This document shows positions 8,759 to 17,644 of a DNA stretch of 64,000 nucleotides, one piece after another. Under the pieces are notes generated by a model that was not told where the DNA came from, did not search any database, and worked only from the letters and a program-made list of their open reading frames with translations. The position numbers were made by a program, and so were the translations under genes. The stretch's first letter is position 1. Every line of letters begins with the position of its first letter. Location of the stretch: positions 123,451 to 187,450 of the IMG/VR virus record IMGVR_UViG_3300008267_000004; one strand, written 5' to 3'. Source of the stretch: a virus.

Positions 8759-9088
8759 TTATCCCTCTCCATTTTCTTTATTTTCATCTTTATTTACGTT
8801 AGGAAGCACTAATCTTTCAGGCTCTAGCTCGCTAGCTTTATGTTTAGCATAAGCAGTTAAAATACTAAAACAATCAGAGCAAACCATATCTATATATGCT
8901 ATTTCATCCCTAAAATTATTTAGGGTTTCTGCTGCTTTTATAATGTTTTGAGTCTGGATAAGGCTCAAAACATCTTCAAGTATTTTACAGGCTGATTTTT
9001 GCATCATATTTACTGATTGTAATTTTGCAGTAACTTCTTTTGGAAGATCATCTACTTTTACAGTTATTTGTATTTTTGCATTTTTCAT
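8759..9088 (-). CDS. hypothetical protein
   Basis: Start moved to ATG 9088 (SD GGAGA) because the longer start lies inside a hairpin/promoter. Confidence 0.55.
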   Translation of the reverse strand: MKNAKIQITVKVDDLPKEVTAKLQSVNMMQKSACKILEDVLSLIQTQNIIKAAETLNNFRDEIAYIDMVCSDCFSILTAYAKHKASELEPERLVLPNVNKDENKENGEG

Positions 9089-9104
9089 ATTTTCTCCATA
9101 AAAA

Positions 9105-9133
9105 ATCGGACAGTTGTTTTTCAACTGTCCGAT
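9105..9133 (-). terminator. intrinsic terminator overlapping a promoter
   Basis: 12-bp stem ATCGGACAGTTG/CAACTGTCCGAT with U tail. Confidence 0.75.
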
Positions 9134-9134
9134 C

Positions 9135-9163
9135 ATTATAACTCATTTATTTTACTCAGTCAA
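9135..9163 (-). promoter_or_regulatory. sigma70-type early promoter
   Basis: TTGACT-17 bp-TATAAT. Confidence 0.8.
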
Positions 9164-9167
9164 GCCA

Positions 9168-9488
9168 TTATTTAGATATTAAATCTGTAAAAATTTTAAC
9201 CATAACTGAAATAATTCCGCCTCCTAGTAACCACATAAATTTAGCATGAGTTTCTTGTGAATTTTTGATAAGAGCTAATTCTTTATGTAATTCTGGCGGG
9301 GTTGTCTGCTCTAATACAAGAACTTTTTTCTCTAATTCTTCTACCGTTTTATCCATTTTGCATAATGAGGTTTCGAGTCTGGAGACTCCGCTATTTAATT
9401 GATCTAATTTTGATATTAGTCTTTCCGTTCCTAATTTTATTTCTATAACCATCATCTCTAAGTCTTTTTTATTATCTTGTTCAGACAT
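9168..9488 (-). CDS. coiled-coil protein with a C-terminal transmembrane helix (holin/XhlA-like architecture)
   Basis: Heptad-rich body, FMWLLGGGIISVMVKIF hydrophobic tail, late motif at 9512-9519. Confidence 0.5.
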   Translation of the reverse strand: MSEQDNKKDLEMMVIEIKLGTERLISKLDQLNSGVSRLETSLCKMDKTVEELEKKVLVLEQTTPPELHKELALIKNSQETHAKFMWLLGGGIISVMVKIFTDLISK

Positions 9489-9511
9489 CTTATTTCCTCG
9501 TTAGATGATAG

Positions 9512-9519
9512 TAAATAGT
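9512..9519 (-). promoter_or_regulatory. putative phage late promoter
   Basis: Sense ACTATTTA. Confidence 0.6.
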
Positions 9520-9520
9520 T

Positions 9521-11098
9521 TTATACTTCAATAATAGCATGAGAAGTTGTTAATAAAGTTGAGGCAGCAGATACAGCATTTTGTAATGCACATCTTGTAA
9601 CTTTTGTTGGATCTACAATACCTTCTTCAATTAAATCAACATAAGACCTACTAACAAAATCATAACCAACCAAAGGGAGATCGGAAATATATAATACCTG
9701 ATGAACTATAACGTCTGGGCTTTCATCGCAGTTCTTAGAAAGTGTTTTTATTGGCTCGTAACAGGCTTTTTTAATTATTTCTACACCAAATTTTTGATCT
9801 TCATTATCCAGTTCTACTTCTTTTTCTAGTTCAAATGAACATCTCAATAGTGCCAATCCACCTCCAGGTAAAATACCCTCTTGTTGTGCGCTGCGTACAG
9901 CTTCTAAAGCATCTTCTATGCGATGCTTTCTTTCAGTCATATCTACTTCCGTAGAACCACCAACTCTTATAATTGCAATACCCGCAACTAAACGCGTAAT
10001 TCTATCTTGAATAGATTCACACTCTTTTACATCACTACTTTGTTCAATTTCTGCTTTAAGAGAGTCTATCTTTTTTTGTACTTCCTCATAGTTTCCGCCG
10101 CCGCCGACTACCGTTGTCCAGTTTTTCAAAGATTCAATAGTCTTACAGCTTCCCATATGACTTCTTTTTACTTCTTTTAATGACATACCACTTTCTCTAG
10201 AAATAAATGTCGCACCTGTTGCCAACGCTAAATCTTTTAGCAGGTTTCTTCTTTCTTCACCGTATTTAGGCGCTTTGATGGCAGCGACTTTCATGCTGCC
10301 TCTTTTAAGGTTTAGAACCATAGCAGCTAAAGATTGTCCCTCTACATTTTCTGCAAAAATAATAAAAGGTTTATTCTCTCTTGCAGCAATTTCCAGTGCT
10401 GGCATTATATCGTCAAGGTTGTCAATTGAGTAATCAGTTACTAATAGTATAGCATTTTCATATCTCATTGCCCCTCGACGTGGATCAGTTACAAACTCTG
10501 CTGATACAAAGCCGGATGGAATTTGAAACCCCTCAACAACATCTAAAGTTGTATCTACAGATTTGCCTTCCTCAATTGAAATAGCGCCATCTTTTCCTAC
10601 TTTATCAACAGCCATAGCAATAAGTTTACCAATCTGTTTATCACCATTGGCAGATATTGTTGCGATATGTTCTATGTCTTCTATACTAGATACTTCTTTT
10701 GACATGCGATGCAATCTAGATACAATCGCAGTTACTGCTTTATCCATCCCACGTTTAAGTTCTACTGGGCTTGCTCCGGCTGTAATGTATTTTTGAGCGT
10801 TTTGCATAACTGCTCTAGCTAGGACAGTAGCAGTTGTAGTTCCATCTCCAGCTTCTATAGCAGTAACCTCAGAAGCTTGTTTTAGCACTTGCGCTCCAAC
10901 ATTCTCAAAAGGATTTTCATATTCAATATTTTTAGCTACGGTAACTCCATCTTTTGTAATTATAGGGTTTCTACCCTTAAGATGTATTACTACGTTTCTT
11001 CCTTTAGGGCCGAGAGTTGAACTGACAGCATCTGCCAGTTTGTTGACTCCATCTAATATTGCTTTATTTAAAGAAGTTCCATTATCATATACTTTCAA
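9521..11098 (-). CDS. groEL: chaperonin GroEL
   Basis: TLGPKGRNV, ITKDGVTVAK, AGDGTTTATVLA, KAPKYGEERR, GILPGGG, GIVDPTKVTR.ALQNA. Confidence 0.97.
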   Translation of the reverse strand: MKVYDNGTSLNKAILDGVNKLADAVSSTLGPKGRNVVIHLKGRNPIITKDGVTVAKNIEYENPFENVGAQVLKQASEVTAIEAGDGTTTATVLARAVMQNAQKYITAGASPVELKRGMDKAVTAIVSRLHRMSKEVSSIEDIEHIATISANGDKQIGKLIAMAVDKVGKDGAISIEEGKSVDTTLDVVEGFQIPSGFVSAEFVTDPRRGAMRYENAILLVTDYSIDNLDDIMPALEIAARENKPFIIFAENVEGQSLAAMVLNLKRGSMKVAAIKAPKYGEERRNLLKDLALATGATFISRESGMSLKEVKRSHMGSCKTIESLKNWTTVVGGGGNYEEVQKKIDSLKAEIEQSSDVKECESIQDRITRLVAGIAIIRVGGSTEVDMTERKHRIEDALEAVRSAQQEGILPGGGLALLRCSFELEKEVELDNEDQKFGVEIIKKACYEPIKTLSKNCDESPDVIVHQVLYISDLPLVGYDFVSRSYVDLIEEGIVDPTKVTRCALQNAVSAASTLLTTSHAIIEV

Positions 11099-11117
11099 AG
11101 TATTACCCTTTACCTTT

Positions 11118-11588
11118 CTATTTTGAAAAAACTTCTTCTACTGTAGCATCTACAGTAAAAGGTTCAATTGATTTCCAATCTTTAATTTTTGCCGCTAAAA
11201 ACGGCTTTACTGTTTCATCTCTTAACATGGCTGTTATATGAGGCACTCCACTTTGTACGTACATATCCGTATCAACTTTCCAAGCGGCTATTCCAAGCTT
11301 TTCATCTACTCCAAAGGCAACTATCTTTAGTTTAGTTGGTACATTTAACTCTATAGGAGTTTTAGATTTATTTGCTGGGGAAGGTACTATAGTCATGTGA
11401 TGATTTAATTGTTCATTCCCATGAGAACCTACAGAGGAGTCTTTCCATCCTTCTACCCTAAGTCCTAATTCATCTAGCTTAGAATTTAAATTTTCTACAT
11501 CTTGTACAACAGCACCTGTATATAACGCTACTTTAGCATCTTCTTTTAAGAAATTTCTCCAACCTTCCATTAATTTATCTAAACTCAT
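11118..11588 (-). CDS. 2H phosphoesterase (cyclic phosphodiesterase) with leader motif B
   Basis: Two HxT motifs (HHMTI at H64, PHITA at H117) in a 156-aa protein. Confidence 0.75.
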   Translation of the reverse strand: MSLDKLMEGWRNFLKEDAKVALYTGAVVQDVENLNSKLDELGLRVEGWKDSSVGSHGNEQLNHHMTIVPSPANKSKTPIELNVPTKLKIVAFGVDEKLGIAAWKVDTDMYVQSGVPHITAMLRDETVKPFLAAKIKDWKSIEPFTVDATVEEVFSK

Positions 11589-11593
11589 TCACT

Positions 11594-12841
11594 TTACCTC
11601 GTCTTTATCTTTAGATCATCTCTTTTATCACTTAACATGTTAGAATGAAACTTAACAGAATGTATTGTTAATGGTTCTAATCCAGGAATATCTATAATAA
11701 TATTAGCTCCTTCACTTCTAATAATATCATTTTTATTCATCATTTTTAATTTATTAATATTAGGCTTCGCTTCCTCTTGAGAGATCAATTTAACACCTTC
11801 TGATGTCGATGTTAACTTCAAAAATTTATCATATTCTTTACGCTCGTCAGCAACTCCTAGATGGGCTTCGTTAACCATGTCAACTAGATCTTTTAAACGT
11901 AGGCGTTTTAAATTATGTATTAACACTTCTCTTATCTTGGCGTAGACTTCCTCCATCGCCTCCTTGTATAAGTCTGGATGATCCTCCTTCGCTTTTGTCA
12001 TCCAAGCTGGACATTCAACGCCTTCTCCTTTTGGCACATATTTACGCTTACCAACTTTTTTAGCGAAGATTTGTCTTCCTACAACCCACCACGGTTCCCC
12101 AGATGGATTACGAACTAGATTGTCATCTTTTTCATCACCATATCCAAGATTTTTATTATATGTAAATCTTACACCACGACCTTCCTCTGTTACTAACTTA
12201 ATAGACAAGCCTATTTTTTTTCCGTCTTCCGAATAAAGAACTAGATCCGCTTTTGAATTTTGACTTCCTACGGATTCTACCTTTTTTATTTTTCCAACTG
12301 ATTTTATTATCTTTTTTTTACCTACTAGAGCAACTTTAAAAACTTCTAAGAATTCATTTTTTAATTTACTTATAACATCATCTTTTGATGAATTAGGAGA
12401 TAAATCAATGCGATTTTTTAACTGGTCGTCTATTTGACCAGATAATAAAAAACGGATGATCTGCTCAAGAGCAAGACCATCCCTTATACCTAATTCTGTT
12501 TTATAGACAATATACGCCTTTCCACTACCATCTTTATATTCAACAGTAGTAACATCGGCAGAAGAATAAAACTTTGGGATATGGTCGTCAGACAAACTCA
12601 AATCAGAGTTTTTGATGGCAGTCTTGATTTTTTTCACCCCTTTGGTAAGACTGTCCTTATCTTCAAACCTAACGACCACTCCCAAATCCGTTTTATTTGA
12701 TGCTGTAACGGAGACTATTCCGGCATCTTTTACGGAACCTATCTTTTGATAAAGATAGTTTATAAGCTTCTCTTGATTATATAATTCTTCATCAAGAGAA
12801 GCCCTTATTTCACTTAATAGATATCTACTGATCTTATTCAT
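11594..12841 (-). CDS. PD-(D/E)xK-like nuclease-fold protein
   Basis: GLALEQII helix ... SKADLVLY...IGLSIKL core. Confidence 0.5.
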   Translation of the reverse strand: MNKISRYLLSEIRASLDEELYNQEKLINYLYQKIGSVKDAGIVSVTASNKTDLGVVVRFEDKDSLTKGVKKIKTAIKNSDLSLSDDHIPKFYSSADVTTVEYKDGSGKAYIVYKTELGIRDGLALEQIIRFLLSGQIDDQLKNRIDLSPNSSKDDVISKLKNEFLEVFKVALVGKKKIIKSVGKIKKVESVGSQNSKADLVLYSEDGKKIGLSIKLVTEEGRGVRFTYNKNLGYGDEKDDNLVRNPSGEPWWVVGRQIFAKKVGKRKYVPKGEGVECPAWMTKAKEDHPDLYKEAMEEVYAKIREVLIHNLKRLRLKDLVDMVNEAHLGVADERKEYDKFLKLTSTSEGVKLISQEEAKPNINKLKMMNKNDIIRSEGANIIIDIPGLEPLTIHSVKFHSNMLSDKRDDLKIKTR

Positions 12842-12845
12842 TATT

Positions 12846-14627
12846 TTATTTTTTTACTTGCTGTTGAACAAGCGCAGTTTTAACATCAATATTTTTTGCA
12901 GCTTGTTGGGCTGCTGTTGCGTTAGCATCTTCAACCATACCATTTGCAAAATATGCATTAATATTAGTAGTTAGCACATTTAAACTTTCAAAAATTTCAT
13001 ATACTTCTGTATTAATAGCATCTTTTAGCTTATTCAATAAGCCTTCTATTGACGTTCTACCGACAGTAAGGGTAGCAACTTTTTGCTCTTGTCCTGCTGC
13101 AGCAATAAGATCAAACACTTCTAGTTTAGTAAAACCAAACTGCATGATATCTAAATATCCATAAGTATTCTTTAAAGCTTTCTTTTTTAATTCTTGATTT
13201 GCGTCTACAGAATTTAAATATGCTACAGATTCTTCTGTTGAAGCAAAAAGAATACCAGGCATTAGCTCTTCACTAGCTGGTGCTTTTGATTTTGTTGTCT
13301 TTTTTTCAGTTAGAAGATTGGATGCTGTAAATAAATTTCTCTTTCTAGCTTCTTCTAAAGCTTGAGGAGTAGCTTCGCCTTTTACTATAGCAAAATCTTT
13401 TGCTTTTTCATACAAGTCAATAAAGAAATTTGCATAAGAAGGCCATGCTCTTTTTTCACCAGTTATATCACTTTTAAACACTTTTCTAGCGGACGATGCC
13501 ATGTCTGGATTATCTAATAGACCTTGTTCGGCAAAACCAGTAAATAAATTATTTACAAATGTCTTTCCTGGGCTACTCTTTCCAAGGACACCTAGCTTAT
13601 CTTCTTTGCCGCCTTCAAAAAATTTAGGTTCTGACATCTCGCTTTGTTTTAGGATTTTATACCACTGTTCAAAATTTTCATCTTTTGCATACTCTGATTT
13701 TCGAACTTGTGCATCGAACCAATCTTCTATTTCTTCTTGAGATTTATAAGTCTTCTTAAGGTGTGAATAGTCAGTTCCATTTTTTATAAATGACACTGGT
13801 AGTCTTATACACAATCTGGAGCTTTTACCTCCTAGAGACATAACATTTTCTATGTTTTTTAAATCTATATCAAATTGGTGTACATCTATAGTACCTGTCA
13901 TTTTTAATGCTTCACCGCTTAGACTCTTCACAGCTACAACATATCTAATAAAAGGCTTAGATGGATTTTTTGGACTAATCATATCATTAACTAAATCCGA
14001 AAAACTTCCGCCTACGTGTACTTTTTTATCCGAATATAGTTTTAAGCTTATTCCTATTCCATCGCTTGTTTTTAAGTCTGCAATCGTACCACTGTTTGTA
14101 GGAACCTGCTCACCGCCCAATAAAACACCTAAAAATGATTCAAAAGCGAAACCGGCTGCAGCAGCATTAAAGTTTGTTATAATAGTGGTTAATGTTTTAA
14201 TAAACACTAGATAAGACATAATTTGTTGAATTCTAGTAGTTCTGGAAGATTTATCTAGGATTCCTTTTTCCATCAGGGCATCTAGATCAGCATTATAAAA
14301 CTCACTTATATTTTTAAACTTTTCTGCAAGATCTGCGCCTTTGATATTGTTTAAGTACTGTTCTAGCTGTTTTCTCTGCTCAGAAGAAACTTTAATGGTT
14401 GAACCAGCCTCTGATTCAACAAGCGATGACCAACCAAGTTCAGAAACTGAGATTTCCGGGATCGAACTAAATTTAATTCCAAAATTTTTTGGAATAGGCG
14501 CAACTGCTTCTTCGTTTAATAGTTTATTAAACTCTTCTCTAACTAAATATTCAAGAAGTCCTGTAGTAATGACATTTTCCTTTTTAGCAAAAAAGGATTC
14601 AACAATTTGATTCATATCTTTTTTCAT
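12846..14627 (-). CDS. PD-(D/E)xK-like nuclease-fold protein with N-terminal leader
   Basis: GFAFESFLGVLLGG ... TIADLKTSDGIGISLKLY core; leader ITTGLLEYLVREEFNKLLNEE. Confidence 0.5.
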   Translation of the reverse strand: MKKDMNQIVESFFAKKENVITTGLLEYLVREEFNKLLNEEAVAPIPKNFGIKFSSIPEISVSELGWSSLVESEAGSTIKVSSEQRKQLEQYLNNIKGADLAEKFKNISEFYNADLDALMEKGILDKSSRTTRIQQIMSYLVFIKTLTTIITNFNAAAAGFAFESFLGVLLGGEQVPTNSGTIADLKTSDGIGISLKLYSDKKVHVGGSFSDLVNDMISPKNPSKPFIRYVVAVKSLSGEALKMTGTIDVHQFDIDLKNIENVMSLGGKSSRLCIRLPVSFIKNGTDYSHLKKTYKSQEEIEDWFDAQVRKSEYAKDENFEQWYKILKQSEMSEPKFFEGGKEDKLGVLGKSSPGKTFVNNLFTGFAEQGLLDNPDMASSARKVFKSDITGEKRAWPSYANFFIDLYEKAKDFAIVKGEATPQALEEARKRNLFTASNLLTEKKTTKSKAPASEELMPGILFASTEESVAYLNSVDANQELKKKALKNTYGYLDIMQFGFTKLEVFDLIAAAGQEQKVATLTVGRTSIEGLLNKLKDAINTEVYEIFESLNVLTTNINAYFANGMVEDANATAAQQAAKNIDVKTALVQQQVKK

Positions 14628-14629
14628 TT

Positions 14630-15316
14630 TTAGATTACCTCATCAGCTATTCCGTATTTCACCGCCTCTTCTGCTGATAAATAGATGTTAACATGCTTTT
14701 CAAGCAATTTTTTCATTGTAGTTTGTGTTAATTTAGTTTCTGCAATTAGGGCATTGATATAGCGATCCTGTGTCCATCTAATTTCATTCATCTCATTTTC
14801 CAGACTATGAATTGGTCCTTCACTCCCTCCCAAAACAGAATGTAGCATCACTCTACAATTTTTACCGATTTTTCTCTTACCTTTGCTGCCTGCTGCTAAT
14901 AAAAGAACACCAGCACTCATCACCTTTCCTACTCCGATTGTAGAAATATCAATATCCTTTTTGACTTGACGCATGATATCATAAATTGCAAACATATCAC
15001 TAGCTGATCCACCGTGTGTGCTAATGTATAATTCAATTGGATCTGGTTTCTCTTTTTTAGATTTTTTATCCTGTTCTTCGATTTTTGCTTTATTTCTATT
15101 TTCATTCCAAATTGTTAAAAGAGCGTATACGATTTCACTACCCTTTTCTTCGTTTATATCACCAAATAATCCAATACTCTTGATACCTCCCTGAGCATCA
15201 TCTAGTCCTGGTAACATTATTAAATTCTGTACAGTCTTTTCTGTTGAGACATCTTCTGATGTCTCTTCGGATTCTACTTCCTTCTTCTTGTTATTTCTGC
15301 GGCTTGTAAGACTCAT
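14630..15316 (-). CDS. clpP: ClpP-like protease
   Basis: YISTHGGS, VMSAG (Ser), VMLH (His), YLSAEEAVKYGIAD. Confidence 0.85.
   Translation of the reverse strand: MSLTSRRNNKKKEVESEETSEDVSTEKTVQNLIMLPGLDDAQGGIKSIGLFGDINEEKGSEIVYALLTIWNENRNKAKIEEQDKKSKKEKPDPIELYISTHGGSASDMFAIYDIMRQVKKDIDISTIGVGKVMSAGVLLLAAGSKGKRKIGKNCRVMLHSVLGGSEGPIHSLENEMNEIRWTQDRYINALIAETKLTQTTMKKLLEKHVNIYLSAEEAVKYGIADEVI
14678..14685 (-). promoter_or_regulatory. candidate internal late promoter
   Basis: Sense TCTATTTA within the clpP 3' end, 50 nt upstream of the 14627 start. Confidence 0.35.
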
Positions 15317-15621
15317 TATTTTCCTCTTTTCTTTTTATTCTTACAGGTTAATTGTACCTTTTCTTCTTTATCCCGTTTAACTTTTATTTCAAAAAGTTTT
15401 ATTGGACAAGTTTTGGCCCACTTTAACCATTCTTTTTGATCTTCAAACTCCTTGTTATATACGAGGAATTGATCACCGTTTTTCATATTCCATCCGGTAG
15501 CAGACTGTTTCCATTCCTTAAATAATTTCTTTAATTCACTCTTATCGGACTGCTTAACTTCATTAACTTGCAAGCTATAAACATTGGCATAACTTTTCCA
15601 AGCACATGCATACATTTTCAT
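15316..15621 (-). CDS. hypothetical protein
   Basis: 101 aa ORF with coupled stop/start junctions. Confidence 0.55.
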   Translation of the reverse strand: MKMYACAWKSYANVYSLQVNEVKQSDKSELKKLFKEWKQSATGWNMKNGDQFLVYNKEFEDQKEWLKWAKTCPIKLFEIKVKRDKEEKVQLTCKNKKKRGK

Positions 15622-15890
15622 TCTTTACCTCTTTTTATGGAACCAACTTTGATTATCCCATTATCCCAATATAAATTAATTTGCCCAGTCATATGTCTTT
15701 CAACTTGACTGAGATATTGTAAGATTTCATTTGTATCTTTTGTATTACTAAAGATCCATTTTACAACAGACGCAGCAACAAATAATTTTTCTAGATAATA
15801 AACATTATCCTCAGAAGAGCAGTATTTGATTTTTAATCCTTTTATTATATCTTCTGGAGGTTTTATTTTCATGTCGATATTTTCCGTCAT
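15618..15890 (-). CDS. hypothetical protein
   Basis: 90 aa ORF with ATGA overlap. Confidence 0.55.
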   Translation of the reverse strand: MTENIDMKIKPPEDIIKGLKIKYCSSEDNVYYLEKLFVAASVVKWIFSNTKDTNEILQYLSQVERHMTGQINLYWDNGIIKVGSIKRGKE

Positions 15891-16270
15891 AATTTCTTAT
15901 AATTCCTTTCTAGGAATTTTACTGCTTCATCCCAATTTTTATATGCTGGTTTATACGGTAGCATGTCAGTAATTCTTTTAACGTATTGTTCCCCCAACTC
16001 TTGATATTTCTGTTCAATTTTTATTTTTACAAGTTTAAATTCTTCTTGATACTTCAGATCTCTATATGCCGCATCTTCATAAGATAGTTCTAGAATTTTT
16101 ATAGCTTGAGATCTCCATTGAATAAAAAGAGAGCTTAATAGTAAAAATCTCATTTCTAACTCTTGCATATATTTTACATATGTACCTATCATAAATAGAT
16201 ATGAAAATAGAGATCTAATAAAAAAACCTATAAAAAATCCTAAACACCAGATAATAAATTGATTAGTCAT
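15887..16270 (-). CDS. hypothetical membrane-anchored protein
   Basis: N-terminal hydrophobic helix FIIWCLGFFIGFFIRSLFSYLF. Confidence 0.55.
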   Translation of the reverse strand: MTNQFIIWCLGFFIGFFIRSLFSYLFMIGTYVKYMQELEMRFLLLSSLFIQWRSQAIKILELSYEDAAYRDLKYQEEFKLVKIKIEQKYQELGEQYVKRITDMLPYKPAYKNWDEAVKFLERNYKKL

Positions 16271-16287
16271 TCCTAACTCCTGACATA

Positions 16288-16298
16288 ATTATACCACA
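16288..16298 (-). promoter_or_regulatory. extended -10 promoter
   Basis: TGTGGTATAAT without a clear -35. Confidence 0.55.
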
Positions 16299-16308
16299 CT
16301 TAATAAAG

Positions 16309-16339
16309 AAAAAACCCACCTAAAATAGGTGGGTTTTTT
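16309..16339. terminator. bidirectional intrinsic terminator
   Basis: AAAAAACCCACCTA-AAA-TAGGTGGGTTTTTT. Confidence 0.8.
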
Positions 16340-16364
16340 TATCAATCTTTACTTAGAACCTTTT

Positions 16365-16637
16365 TTAATCTTCTAAAACATCTTTTAGAACATTCTGTAC
16401 CATACCTTCTGGCAGATTTTCCATAAACGCTTCTAATGCTTCTCTTGGAATTTGAGATTCCTCTAAAACTTCTAGAAAATCTATAATCGCATCTTTAGAA
16501 ACGAACTCTGCATCAGCATCTTCTGCATATCCATAGGCATAGCTTTCTACCAAAGTCTCTGTGTGATCTTTTTCTTTTTCAACACGTTGGACTTCTTCTG
16601 CAATAATTTGCTTTAATTCGCCTCTTGTAATTTGCAT
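16365..16637 (-). CDS. small acidic putative head-internal protein with leader motif A
   Basis: MQITRGELKQIIAEEV...LVES. Confidence 0.55.
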   Translation of the reverse strand: MQITRGELKQIIAEEVQRVEKEKDHTETLVESYAYGYAEDADAEFVSKDAIIDFLEVLEESQIPREALEAFMENLPEGMVQNVLKDVLED

Positions 16638-16646
16638 AGTGATTCC

Positions 16647-17606
16647 TTATTTGTGTTTGTTGCTACCTTTTCCAGTCAAACCGCTGGTTTTCTTGTGAGT
16701 TGTTGTATGCCCACCAGAAGATTTTAGAGGTGTCATTTCATGACCACCTTCACCTTTTTTAGACCACTTCATATTCTTGTGTTTAGAATATAGTTTATCT
16801 TTATTCTTTCCCTTTGAAGCCAAACCAGAACCTGAAGATTTTCCATGTGTTACTTTGTGGCTTTTTTCTTCTTCTAGTTTCTTTTTCTTAGCTTCGGCTT
16901 CTTTTTTCTTTGCCTGCATTTTCTTCTTAACGTCTTTAGCTTTTTTATCTTCTGGTTTTTTCTTGGCTTCTGCTAATAATCTAGCAGTTACTCTGCGTAA
17001 TACATTTTCTACTAACTCAGATTTATTCATGAATCGAGATTCTTTTAGTTCTTCTTCATCCATCTCTTCTTCTTCATTCATTTCATCTTCTTCTTGATAC
17101 ATATCTTCTTCATTCATTTCATCTTCTTCGTCGCCTTCGCCATCTTCCTCATCGCCCATATCCATTTCGTCGTCGCCCATGTCTACATCGCCCATGTCGT
17201 CGTCATCCATGTCTACGTCAAACTCTCCACCTTCTTCGTCGTCTTCGACTGTTCCTTCAACGCCTAAAGCGTCTAGAACAGCTTGAACAACTCTTTTTGC
17301 GACCTCTGGAGATACGGCACCAGATTCTTCATCAGAAAAATCTGCTCCTTCATCATCTCCAAAATCCATATCCTCACCGTCTTCAGAATCTTCTTCATCT
17401 CCGCCTAAATCTAATTCTTCGGCTTCTTCTTGTGTATCCATATCTGGACGGCCATATTTTTTAGCCACTTCGCTTTCTTTCATTTCTTCTTCTTCGTTAT
17501 ATCCCGGTCCTGATTCACTTAAGAATCTGTCGGTTAGTGGCTCAAGATTTGCAAGTCTCATAAACTTGCGAATTGTTGATTCTTCTAGCAATTGTTTTTT
17601 ACTCAT
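16647..17606 (-). CDS. acidic/basic bipartite putative prohead core or internal protein
   Basis: LLEESTIRKFMRLANL leader, long D/E/M-rich low-complexity centre, Lys/His-rich tail, many LxE sites. Confidence 0.55.
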   Translation of the reverse strand: MSKKQLLEESTIRKFMRLANLEPLTDRFLSESGPGYNEEEEMKESEVAKKYGRPDMDTQEEAEELDLGGDEEDSEDGEDMDFGDDEGADFSDEESGAVSPEVAKRVVQAVLDALGVEGTVEDDEEGGEFDVDMDDDDMGDVDMGDDEMDMGDEEDGEGDEEDEMNEEDMYQEEDEMNEEEEMDEEELKESRFMNKSELVENVLRRVTARLLAEAKKKPEDKKAKDVKKKMQAKKKEAEAKKKKLEEEKSHKVTHGKSSGSGLASKGKNKDKLYSKHKNMKWSKKGEGGHEMTPLKSSGGHTTTHKKTSGLTGKGSNKHK

Positions 17607-17644
17607 ATAAGGTATCTCCTAAAAAGATTGATGTTCTTAACAAA

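Noticed and set aside
17040-17230. Short direct repeats (ATGGGCGA/GACGACGA, GAAATGAATGAAGAAGA) as a possible CRISPR or VNTR
   Set aside because: They are imperfect, in-frame codon repeats of the DMGD/EEMNEE low-complexity protein region, with no constant repeat-spacer periodicity and no cas genes.
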